A stretch of 63,965 nucleotides of DNA, the filler included, from Octopus bimaculoides (Eukaryota): the NCBI RefSeq assembly GCF_001194135.2. It is 9 parts of 9 records of this genome, joined end to end, with 100 filler letters (N's around TTAATTAATTAA, not from the genome) between each part and the next. Parts side by side here need not be neighbours in the genome. Positions count along the whole stretch, not along the records: positions 6,779 to 15,355 come from NC_068984.1; positions 15,456 to 20,660 come from NW_026348300.1; positions 20,761 to 22,904 come from NW_026376927.1; 6 more parts are not named here. One strand, written 5' to 3'. Every line of letters begins with the position of its first letter. Positions within the stretch are counted from its first letter, which is position 1. The translations under genes and the position numbers were made by a program. This document shows positions 12,110 through 22,488 of this stretch, piece after piece. The notes beneath the pieces are model-generated. The model was not told the DNA's origin, made no database searches, and saw only the letters and a program-made list of their open reading frames with translations.

Positions 12110-12510
12110 AAACGGTGCATCTCTAAACGAATAAAGCTATGAATAACAGTGTGTAAATATTAAGTCAACTTTTCTATCCAAAGGGTTTTAATCAATATTT
12201 AGAAATTTTGGTAAATTTTCAGATTAACACCCGCACGATTTTCACTAGGGTGTTAGGGTTTTGGGGTCAGGGTTACGGTTTTAGGGTTAGGGTTAGGGAA
12301 TTCCGTCCCTAACCGTAACCCTAACCCTTAGACTCTAACCCTCACCCTAAAACCCTAACACAGTAGTCACTACTGTGTTAGGGTTTTAGGGTGAGGGTTA
12401 GAGTCTAAGTAACACCCACACGATTGTCACAATCGTGTGGGTGTTAATCTGAAAATTTACCGAAGTTTTTTTTTCATTTATAGCTTTATTTGCTTCGAGA
12501 TGCACCATTT
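12110..12510. repeat. Nested-palindrome element containing TTAGGG/CCCTAA-like arrays, in intron 1
   Basis: Outer IRs 12110-12143/12473-12510 and 12210-12240/12431-12461. Internal perfect palindromes 12327-12409 and 12410-12446. Telomere-like arrays at 12246-12298 (G-rich) and 12307-12359 (C-rich). Confidence 0.9.
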
Positions 12511-12818
12511 AAAAAAAAAAAGTAAAAAATCATGGTCAAGCTGAAACACTTGATCGAGGCTAATCTGGGGGTAAATAGCAACTAAACAATGCCAGCGTCT
12601 AAACACAAAATACAGAGCCAAAGCTGCTAATGTTGTTACATAACTTAATACCACCATCAAAAAGAAAGAAAATCATGCCTCAATATATAATATTAACTGT
12701 CTAAAATAATATATATATATATATATATAATTTTTGGTTAATGTAGTTTAGTGTCACGAAAAATTTTAAGTAAATTGCACCAGAAATGATTATGTGAAGT
12801 CCCATAATTTCATAAATA

Positions 12819-13474
12819 TCGAGTCATCCCATAAATAATGTGGTTTTTTTCAATTACATGAACTAAAAGTCATAGGGAGACGAGATAAACTACCTGCATT
12901 AGCTTGCTATAAAAGCAGGTAGTAATTTTATTTTGTACTTATTCTTTGTGCAAGTTTTGAAGAGTGCAGTTCCCTATAAAATTGTCAAGCTCTGAAGACA
13001 GTGGGTAGGGAAAGGAGAAATACTGGCACCCCAGGCTAAAGAAGACCTTCACTCACGTAAGGTGTTGTTGTTGTTTCTTTGGTTTCAAGACGAAAGGTGT
13101 TCTTCCATCAGCATAATGCTTGGCCACATGCAGCAAGGATGACATTCCAAAGGCTGGAGCAGTTTGAATGTGAAATGATGCCCCACCCACCGTATTCACT
13201 GGACATTGCCTTATCTAATTATCATTTATTCCACATCTTCAAAATCATTTGAACAGAAAAAAATATGAATTCTGTAGACAAGGTCAGAACAATACTGGAG
13301 AAGTATTTTTCATCACAGACAAATGAATTTTGGAAGAGGGGCCTTGCAAGTCTACCAGTAGATGGAAGAGTATTGTAGAAAACGAAGGAGAGTATACTTT
13401 AAATTAAAAAAGATCTTAATTTTGAAAAATAAAAGAAGTATAAAAAAAACCGCATTATTTATAGGATGACACAA
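12819..13474 (+). mobile_element. Internally deleted mariner (DD34D-type) element in intron 1
   Basis: TA-flanked imperfect TIRs (tcgagtcatcccataaataatg ... cattatttataggatgacacaa). From 13094 it translates as KVFFHQHNAWPHAARMTFQRLEQFECEMMPHPPYSLDIALSNYHLF, a decayed HDNARPH and YSPDLAPSD motif pair. Confidence 0.85.
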
Positions 13475-13869
13475 TACATGCATTGAAGATATCACCTGGG
13501 TATGTGACATAAAGAAAATTGGATGTTTGGTGCTGTAGAAAATGGGTACAGGAAAATGTGGCATGCTTACACAAGTGTGCTAGAAAATTTCATTGAAAAT
13601 TATCCATTTCTCTCAAAGTTATGAGGAAAGAAATTTGAGAAGAGAAGCATGTGGTTGATACCCAATAGGTAGGCTTCCTATGTTGGTTTAGGCTGCACAC
13701 ATGGTTGTAAACTATTCTTTAAATTTTGTTGATCCAATGATAAGAGCATCCATTCTCTGACTATTGAGGGGTGGTGGAAACTTGCCAAGAAGATACTCAG
13801 TTGACAATTACCTGTTTGCATCACTAAACCTATATGTATACATGTATAAATTTTGTGTCTATTCTTCAG

Positions 13870-14091
13870 CCGCGATCTACAGAAGCTCGGCGAGCTTTAG
13901 ATATTGGATGTGCAGTTGGAAGGTCAACATTTGAACTGTCACAATATTTTGAGGAAGTTATAGGAATTGACTACAGCCAAGCATTCATCAACCAATGCCT
14001 TTTATTGAAAGAGAAGAAAACATTAGATTTTTCGATTGTCAGTGAAGGAGACATTTATGAAAAACACACAACTACATTATCGAGTTCTGTG
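13870..14091 (+). CDS. Exon 2 of the same methyltransferase (SAM-binding motifs)
   Basis: Acceptor tctattcttcag|CCG, donor GTG|gtaagt, 222 nt, phase 0 at both ends and in frame with exon 1. Encodes RALDIGCAVGRSTFELSQYFEEVIGIDYSQAFI (class I MTase motif I and the acidic motif II) and SEGDI. Confidence 0.9.
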
Positions 14092-14384
14092 GTAAGTCTT
14101 CTCTAATTTTAAGCTCAAATTATTTCATTTAAACTATAATTAGTTGAGAAATCTTTGGGATCTTTTTCCATTTGATATATTTGTTTTGATTCTATTGGAA
14201 ATTCTTCAGATGTAGTTTTCCAACTGAATTATGAAAATCAAAACTATATTTTTGAAGCAATTAATAACATGAATAATATGAAGATTGAAACATTGAAATT
14301 TTTTGTAATTTTAGCCAATAAGATTCATCCACATTTTACACAATATGATGATATATTGTTTTATTTTTGTTTGTTTCCACCACC

Positions 14385-14520
14385 ATCATCATCATTTTAT
14401 GTTCATATCCGATGCTGGCATGACTTGAATGGTTTGGTAGGATCTGGTAAGCCCCAAGGCTAGGCTGAGCTCCAGTGTCAGCTCTAGTATGTTTTGTATG
14501 GCTGGATGTCCTTCTTAGTA
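14385..14520 (-). mobile_element. Degenerate RTE-type 3' tail
   Basis: (ATC)n then gatgctggcatgacttgaatggtttgg...ggctggatgtccttc, the reverse complement of the 6779-type tail. Confidence 0.5.
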
Positions 14521-14990
14521 TCAACCAATTTATAGTCTGTACTGGATTGTTTTTTTTTTTGTGTCACTTGCACTATTAGGGTTGCCACATGTTGCAAGAC
14601 AGGAAAAGAACAGAAAAGGCAAGAGGCCCCTAAGTGGTGGAGTGGGGAGTATTTGGGAGGGAAAGATGATTTTATGCCAGTTGTTGAGTGGCTAGAGTAT
14701 GAAATAGGAATGTACATGTATGTGTTATTATAGAGGAGATATATAGCTACCTCACATAAGGGTGTTTTGTTTTATGAAAACCAAAACAATTTTATATTTT
14801 TTGTAAAATTAATAATAAATATGTTACAAAACCTCTAAATATGAAAATATTTAATGAAAGACAAATTAATATGTACAATGAAATTTTATGAAGCACTGTG
14901 AACACTAACTCCCACGATGCTGTGGTAACTTATTTGAAGAAGAAATTATTGATGAATTTAATTGGCTTAAATCACAGAAATTTCAATCTG

Positions 14991-15204
14991 TAACCCTTTA
15001 GTATTCATATGACTCTGTCAAATGTAATGCTTATTTATTCATATTGTATTGAATTGCATTATCTCATAGCTTTCAGATTTCTAGGATGTGAATGTTTATT
15101 ATTAGAATGACATTGTAGGATAGGTGTGAGAGACCAAATCTGGCCAGTTTGAACATAAAACAGGTCAAATATTCAGGCTGCATATGGCCAGTTTAAATGC
15201 TAAA
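14991..15204. mobile_element. Short MITE-like element
   Basis: Starts taaccctttagtatt and ends aatgctaaa (partial inverted terminus). Recognised partly from memory of similar octopus repeats. Confidence 0.4.
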
Positions 15205-15696
15205 ATTAAAAATTTTGTAACTTTATTTTCATTAATTTCTTTAAGAAATAGTTGAAATTTTCGTAATTAGCTTGAAAACTACATCTATGTAGAAATTTTC
15301 CATAACATTAGAATGAATGTATCAAACCAAAAAGATCCATTGTGTATTGTATTTTNNNNNNNNNNNNNNNNNNNNNNNNNNNNNNNNNNNNNNNNNNNNT
15401 TAATTAATTAANNNNNNNNNNNNNNNNNNNNNNNNNNNNNNNNNNNNNNNNNNNNTATATCAAAAAGATGTATCACAATACTATATATATATATATATAT
15501 ATATGGGCACACACTTAATCTACAACTGCGAATCCAACAGAATATACTCTGATGGATTCAAACTTATGAACTGAATGTTCGAACACACATATTCCTGTCT
15601 GTGACTTTTTTATTCTGATTTCGATGATCATTTTTCTATGAACAATTATACAGACATACATGTATATGTATATTTATGTATGCATGTATACATATA

Positions 15697-16449
15697 CAAG
15701 GTGCGATGGGTAAATTGTCGCCATTTCATATTCTTTATTTCATACATGCACATTATTTGGTTTTGATTTTGACCCTAGTGGGATCAGTTGAGCACTGAGA
15801 GACAAACAGCACCATGGTGCTATTCACTCTGCTAGAAATTTGGAAACGACATGCTGAACTGCTTAGCATTTGTGCTAGAAGCTCCAATATGAACATTTCA
15901 GAGTGTTTGATTGTCAATCTGAAAACAAGTACTGAGAGTGATGTGATAAAAATTAAATATCCAGTCAACATCAGAGTGTGTGGAGTGATCACTAGTGATG
16001 GCAACGTTATGCCTCCATTCATCTTCCCACACGGCCTCAGACTCAATACCGAGACCTACATCAAGTTCCTGGAGGAGGTAATGCTGCCCTGGATTAAGAG
16101 GGTGGATGCTGGAAGACCCTATGTCTGGCAACAGGACTCTGTACCATGCCACACAAGCAGGGGAAGCCAATCATGGCTGTCAGACAATTTCTTCGACAAC
16201 ATCAATCCTAACATCTGGTCACCTAACTCCCCAGACTTAAACAAGGAAAACGTCCAGAAGAGTTGCAGGAGATTCCGCAGTCATCTGGAGTTCGTAGTTG
16301 AAGCCAATGGCGATTTCATCGAATAAATTTATTCTTTAGCGTTTCAAGATAATTCTATGCAATTTTGGTAAATATATTTGTTAAAGTGAGACATCAGTGT
16401 TATTTTCATTTTTGTGCAATTTAGACAACAATTTATTCACTGCACCCTG
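15697..16449 (+). mobile_element. Internally deleted Tc1/mariner-superfamily element (maT/DD37D-like)
   Basis: TA-flanked degenerate TIRs (caaggtgcgatgggtaaattgtcg ... acaatttattcactgcaccctg). ORF 15814-16326 contains KYPVNIRVCGVITSDG.VMPPFIF, YVWQQDSVPCHTS and IWSPNSPDLN; the third catalytic Asp region is deleted. Confidence 0.85.
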
Positions 16450-16552
16450 TATTTATATATATACATATATATATATGTATGTATGTATGTATGTACGTAT
16501 TCACATAAATGTATATATATACACACATACACATATATATAAATACACACAT

Positions 16553-17150
16553 ATCATCATCCAGTATCATAATCATCAGTGTCTGTTTTCCACGCATCCA
16601 TAGGTTGGACAGTTTGACAGGAGCTGGCATGCCACAGAGCTGCCCAGGCTCTTTTGTCTGTTGTGACATGGTTTCTACAGCTTGATGCCCTTCCTCACAA
16701 TTACTACTTTACAGAGTGTTCTGGCTTTCCTCATGGGACACTAGCATAGCTGTTTTTTACATGGCAGCAGCATGACTGCTTCCAAATGCTTTCTATGTGG
16801 CTCCAGCATTAGTGCTTCTTGTGTTGTGCTGGTGTGAGTGGGCTACATGTAGCACTGGCACGAGTGCATTTTACATGGAAGAGGTTCACTTTTATACTGT
16901 GCCAGCACAGGCCATAAATGACTTAACTGTATGCATGCGTGGCCACACTTTTACTTAGTTTGTGTCATGTCTTTTCAAGCACAGCAAATTGCCATGTCTT
17001 GGTCCTTCGTCATCTCTTCAGTGAGGCCCAATATCTGAAGATCCCTTTACACCACCTCATTCCACGTTTACCTGGGTTTACTCCTTCCACAGGTTCCCAC
17101 CACAATTAAAGATCTACAATGCTTTATGCAGTTGTACTCATCTATCTGCA
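16553..17150 (-). mobile_element. 5'-truncated RTE LINE 3' end (ORF C-terminus, 3' UTR, (GAT)n tail)
   Basis: Reverse complement encodes CIKHCRSLIVVGTCGRSKPR.TWNEVV.RDLQILGLTEEMTKDQD, a decayed GRGRPRKTW motif. It is followed by the aggaagggcatc..ccaacctatgg..(GAT)n tail also seen at 6779-7028. Confidence 0.75.
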
Positions 17151-18799
17151 TATATGCATTGATATTATACATACACATACATAAATACATAAATGTATAA
17201 ATACACGCACACATACACCCAAAATATTTCAGTGCTATAAATTATCATTCAAAAAAGCTAGAAATCAATACATTTATCTCATGAATCAATACCTTTATGG
17301 CCAACGCAACAGATTGTCACAATTACAATCATGAACATCAATATTATCATTGTTATTATTATTTCGATGTTTATAACTAAAATCAATACTACCAAACATT
17401 TGGCATTCTCCATTATCTCTATGATCATTTAAACAAGTGTAACATCATACAGTCTCTCTCTTTCTTCCTCTTTTACATTTATTCTCCAAAGGAAAATTGA
17501 AAGTAATGATTTCTTTTTTTTATTTTCTTTACTGTCTTTGAAGCAACAAGAAATCCTATCCTTTAAAAACAGTCTGGAAAAAATTGGTTTCAAAGATGAT
17601 GATGATGATAATGATGATAATATTGATAATAATGATGTTGTTAATGATGGCTCCATAGAAAGAATACCGTCACTGAAGTTAATTGGTCTGTATGCGAAGA
17701 ACAGAAACCCACTGTTCCTTTAATGGCAACAGACATAAAGAGTTGAGTTCTTTTGCAATAAATATTTAAATGTTTACATTTAAAATATGGCTTTTGGCCA
17801 AGAAATTCTTTATTTATTTTGAATTTTTGCTTGAAGCAATGAAGAGTTGATTTTTTAAAATATTTCTTATAGTTAATGTTTTCTTTGTTTAGATTTTATT
17901 TTCTTTCCACAGAAGTAGCTTAATATATGTAACAAATTTTTGCGTTTTGATTCTACATGTCTTAATCTTTGATTTTTTTTTCAAAAGACTAAAGCACAGG
18001 TGCAGCTGAAGTAATCAATATATATTTAAATATCAATGAAATAAAGTGTGTGGTAATATAAAAGACCTAACAGTATTTGAATAGTGCAGATAAATTATAT
18101 TATATTCATTCATGAGTTAAAATAGATTTTGTGTCAAAGGCTACATCTTATGCACAAAATCTTTTTGTGAATTGTCCATATTATTTTAGGATACAAAAGA
18201 AAACACATTGTAGAGTTTCTCAGTTGAACTGTTGAGATTAAAGAAGTTTTGTACTTAAATAAGGCTTTTGTTTTTTTTTTGTTTTTGTAAGTTAAACAAA
18301 ATATTTTTTCTATTAGTAGATACTGCAGTAAACAGGAGCATCAATCTCATTTTATAAGACAGTCTATAAATAATTTTATATTTCACTGATTTCTTTGTCA
18401 TAGTTGATTTGTAATTAGAGACGTTTTGAAATAAATATTTCATCTACATGAGGAACCTTTTGTGAAATTTGTACAAGACATTACTTTGATACATCAATAG
18501 ACAATAATGTTACAGTTCTTTTATAAAAATTGTATAAATTCTTCATAATTTTCAAATTTAGTTCAAACCAGATATTTTATTTTCTAATGTAGTATCAAAG
18601 TAAATAATGTAGATGCCATGTCTCATAATCCATTAGCTTATAGAACAACTGAAGACTTAAATAAGTTGCTGTTATTGTTTGAAACTTAATCTGACATCCA
18701 GGTTAATACCATTAGTTCGCCTTTGCATGCCACTAGCAGAATTCACTCTGTTGCAAGGATTCAAGTTAGGAGTCCCAGCATTTAGCCCACAATTTCATG

Positions 18800-19036
18800 A
18801 GACCAGAGTTCATCTGGAGTTTCAAGGAAATCAGGCTGAAAGTAGAAAACTTAATTCACTTAATGAGTGGCTTATCCATTATAGGGCTAACTTTTAGACA
18901 CTCCTAGTATTCATTAGTTACTAGAGCAAGGTGAAATGAAGTGCCTTACTCATGGGCATAGTGTTTCTCACAGTTCAAAACGAAACCAAAGACCTAATGA
19001 TTGGCTATGCTTTACTAACCATTGGCTATGCTTTCA
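18800..19036 (-). mobile_element. Old degenerate SINE
   Basis: agcaaggtgaaatgaagtgccttactca and ctaaccattggctatgctttcac, a decayed tRNA-like head. Confidence 0.45.
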
Positions 19037-21186
19037 CAAGAGTTTGGATTAGGTGGTGGTGGTGGTTTTGGCAGTGATTACAATAGCATTACTGGTTACA
19101 GATTTATGAAGTGTCAGTCACTACTTTGCCACAGATTTGGATGTGAGGGTGACAATGAAGTGTCTGTCTGTAAGTCTGTGTATTGCAAGAGGCTTCATCT
19201 GACTAAGTTATTTGTTTTAATATCACTTACATCCTGTATTGATATACATCGGTGCAAAAAGTGTTTCATACTGTTAGGTGAATCAGAATAGCATCAATTA
19301 TTCAAACGCGTTATTGCTACACAAAAATTTGCTTGAGGACTAAATCTCTCGTGGACACTCTGCTTTGAATAAATTATATTGTGTTATATAATAATACATA
19401 TGTGTGAGTATGTTTGCGTCTGAGACAATCACAAACAATTTCTGTCTTCCAAATTCCAGCTTACATGGTGTTGGACATACTCTGCCTACCATTAAAGACA
19501 TTCAACGGTAATACACAACCATGGAATTAATCCAAAACCAAACATTTACACAGTAAGCTTTTTAATCTAACAGACATGCAGGCCCCTCGAATCAGTTTAC
19601 TTAGATTAAAAATAGATAAAATAGTAGTAATGTTACAGTTCCAAATATAATTGGCAAATCTGCATAATCTTGAAACCAATTCAATAAACCTTCCAAAGAA
19701 AACCATGTAGTTAATCCCTGAATTCAGTTTGATAAAGTGCTTTAACACCAAACTCAAAGTCAATGAATCACTCTTGCAGCACAATTGGCTCTTAAAACGT
19801 TTAGTAGACTCTGCTTTAGGCACTAAGTTCTCTTTTTTTTTCTCTCTCTCTCTCCTCCTCCTCTCCCTCTCAATCTCTCTCTTGTTTAGATGCAGCAGAT
19901 TCTACAATAAAAACAGGACACCCAAGAATAAACAGAACACTAATCAGTTACCTATTTCAACACTGTATATACTCTGATAGCAAAATACAAACCAACCTAT
20001 AACAATTTCTGCTACTACTGCTGCTACTACTACTACAGAAGTAATATTGATACAGCATAACTGCAAAGTTTTACATCCATATTGCAATTGTTAAAGCTAA
20101 GAAGAGGCTTTTAACTGTCATAAAAATTGACAAGAATATATCAGAAACTAGAGAAACAACTGGACTTTTCTAGTAAAAAATAAAAATGAGAATTAAAAGA
20201 TAAACTAATGGCTATGTATTGGTTAATAACTGAATACCAGACTTAACAAATGGTCTAAATATTTTGACATTTATTTAAGTATATAGAATGGTAAAGTTAA
20301 AAAAATCTGCCATGTTTGTATTCCAGTATCCTAAGTCGACATGTCATAAAGCTTGAATAAGTTTTTGTTGTAAAGATTGTATTGTAGTCACATGCTTACT
20401 GTTGTAATGTTAATAAATACCTAATGGAACGTAGCATAGTGTTTAGAACTTGACATTTCCAAAGTTGATAGCAAGGAGCAGTAAGTTTAAAAAATATTCT
20501 ACCAAAATGTAACTGTTTCGGTTGTGCAATCTATTATTAGAACTACAGTTGATATAATGAATGGCATTATCAATACAGTGTGTACTGTAGCAATACAGTG
20601 TATATTGTGTGTGTGTGTGTGTGTGTGTTTGTGAATGTGTATTCTTATTTATATATATATNNNNNNNNNNNNNNNNNNNNNNNNNNNNNNNNNNNNNNNN
20701 NNNNTTAATTAATTAANNNNNNNNNNNNNNNNNNNNNNNNNNNNNNNNNNNNNNNNNNNNCACACACACACACATACACACACACACAGATACAGATAGA
20801 TAAATATACCGACTGACTGACATATAGATACATACATATATACATACATACGGACAGACAGACAGACAAACGTAGGTACGTGCATACATACACACATGCA
20901 TACATACATACATACATATCATATAATCAAGACTTTGTCCTTTACTTCTGTGGCAATTATGACATTATCTCAAACCCCCTGTTACCCTGTTATTTATAGT
21001 GCAGATGTTACAAAGTTAATACAAGGCTTTTAGAATAAGGGGTCTCTTCGGACATCGGCCATAAATCGCTATAAATATTTGAACGATTGTTTTTTTTTTT
21101 AAACCGACCAATTAAATTAAATTGCACAGTCTCGCTAATTGTTATTCTTTTTTCTTCTTGTTCCTTTCTTAACTTTATTGCAGCTG

Positions 21187-21256
21187 TTGTTGTTGTTGTT
21201 GTTGTTCTTCTTCTTCTTCTTCTTCTTCTTCTTCTTCTTCTTCTTCTTCTTCTTCC
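21187..21256. repeat. (GTT)n-(CTT)n microsatellite
   Basis: Directly visible. Confidence 0.95.
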
Positions 21257-21651
21257 TTTTCCTCTTCCTTCGCTTCTCTCCTCCTTCTACTTCCCCTAAC
21301 CCCGCTTTCCTCCTCCCTCTCCTCCTACACGTCTCCCTCCTCCCTTGTCTTTCCCTTCTTTCCTTGCTTCCTTCCTTTTCTTTTTCTTTTTCGTCTTCTT
21401 CATTCAATTGCTCAGCATCAGCATCGCATTACCACCACCTCCACCATCACTCCCACGACCACTACCACCATCATCATCATCACTATTAGTGTAGGACAAT
21501 GTGAAGAGGGCACTTTGCCCTAGGTGGTCAGGGTGACCGTGGGTTTTATGGGGACTGCATGAACAGCCTTAGGAAGTTTCCTATTTAGGGGGAATTAATC
21601 GTTCTTACCTGGGTAGATATAGCCTTTTGTAAAGTTGTACAGTAGCAGGTC

Positions 21652-21902
21652 ATACGAGAAGAAAATGAACGTAATAATAAGGGGAAACTCATCGTTTTCG
21701 CTGGTATGCCTTTAATTTAATTAAATAACAAAGAAGAAGGAAGCAATGATAAAGGTAGCATTTACTAAACTAGTAAATCGAAACGATCGTAAATGCTACC
21801 TCCATCATTGCTTCTTTCTTCTTTGTTATCTAATTAAATTAAAGGCATACTAGTGAAAACGACAAGTTCCTCCTTGTTATTACATCCATTTTCTTCTCGT
21901 AT
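21652..21902. repeat. Degenerate fold-back element (MITE-like)
   Basis: Arms about 21652-21765 and 21789-21902 (atacgagaagaaaatg...ggtagcatttac versus gtaaatgctacc...cattttcttctcgtat); mismatches are mostly transitions. Confidence 0.85.
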
Positions 21903-22329
21903 ATATATAGATATATATATTATTTTGTTTAAAAGAGTTCCAACACTGTCTGTTTTTTATGTTTTATTTATATTCCTGCAAAACCAATGTGGGATATAGA
22001 ATATGGAATATACAATATATAATATAATATACAATATATAATATAAAATAAAAATGGATGGTACTATGAAATAAAGTATTGAATGTCTTATTGAATATAT
22101 ACGTACATGTATGTACATACCTACATCAACATCTATATATAGATGCATATCTGGGTACAGGACGTAGCAAAAAAAAAACGTGGACAAAATGATAAACGGA
22201 ATACAGAAAACACACAGGCCACATAGAGAACATTTCCTTCATCAGCTGCCACCATTCTAAAACTAAGCGTTTCGAAGAGTTAAGGCAGGACGCATTGTTA
22301 GAATGGCTCTTCCCACGGACCAATGCGAC

Positions 22330-22488
22330 CGGTTTCTTTCAGTTTCTGTCAACCAAATTCATTCACAAGACTTTTGTTAGCACATGACTATAATAGATAG
22401 AGAACACTTGCCCAAGGTGCCACGCAGTGGGAGTGAACCTAGAACCATGTGGTTAGGAAGTAAACTCCTTACCACACAGTCACGCCTG
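22330..22488 (-). mobile_element. SINE family A, 5' half
   Basis: acacttgcccaaggtgccacgcagtgggagtgaacc..accacacagtcacgcc. Confidence 0.8.

Noticed and set aside
10884-14091. Calling the gene ovoA
   Set aside because: No sulfoxide-synthase domains precede the methyltransferase, and an in-frame stop lies just upstream of the ATG; symbol left blank.
19527-19977. Overlapping 98-aa and 82-aa ORFs in unique sequence
   Set aside because: No recognisable motifs and no consistent splice structure.
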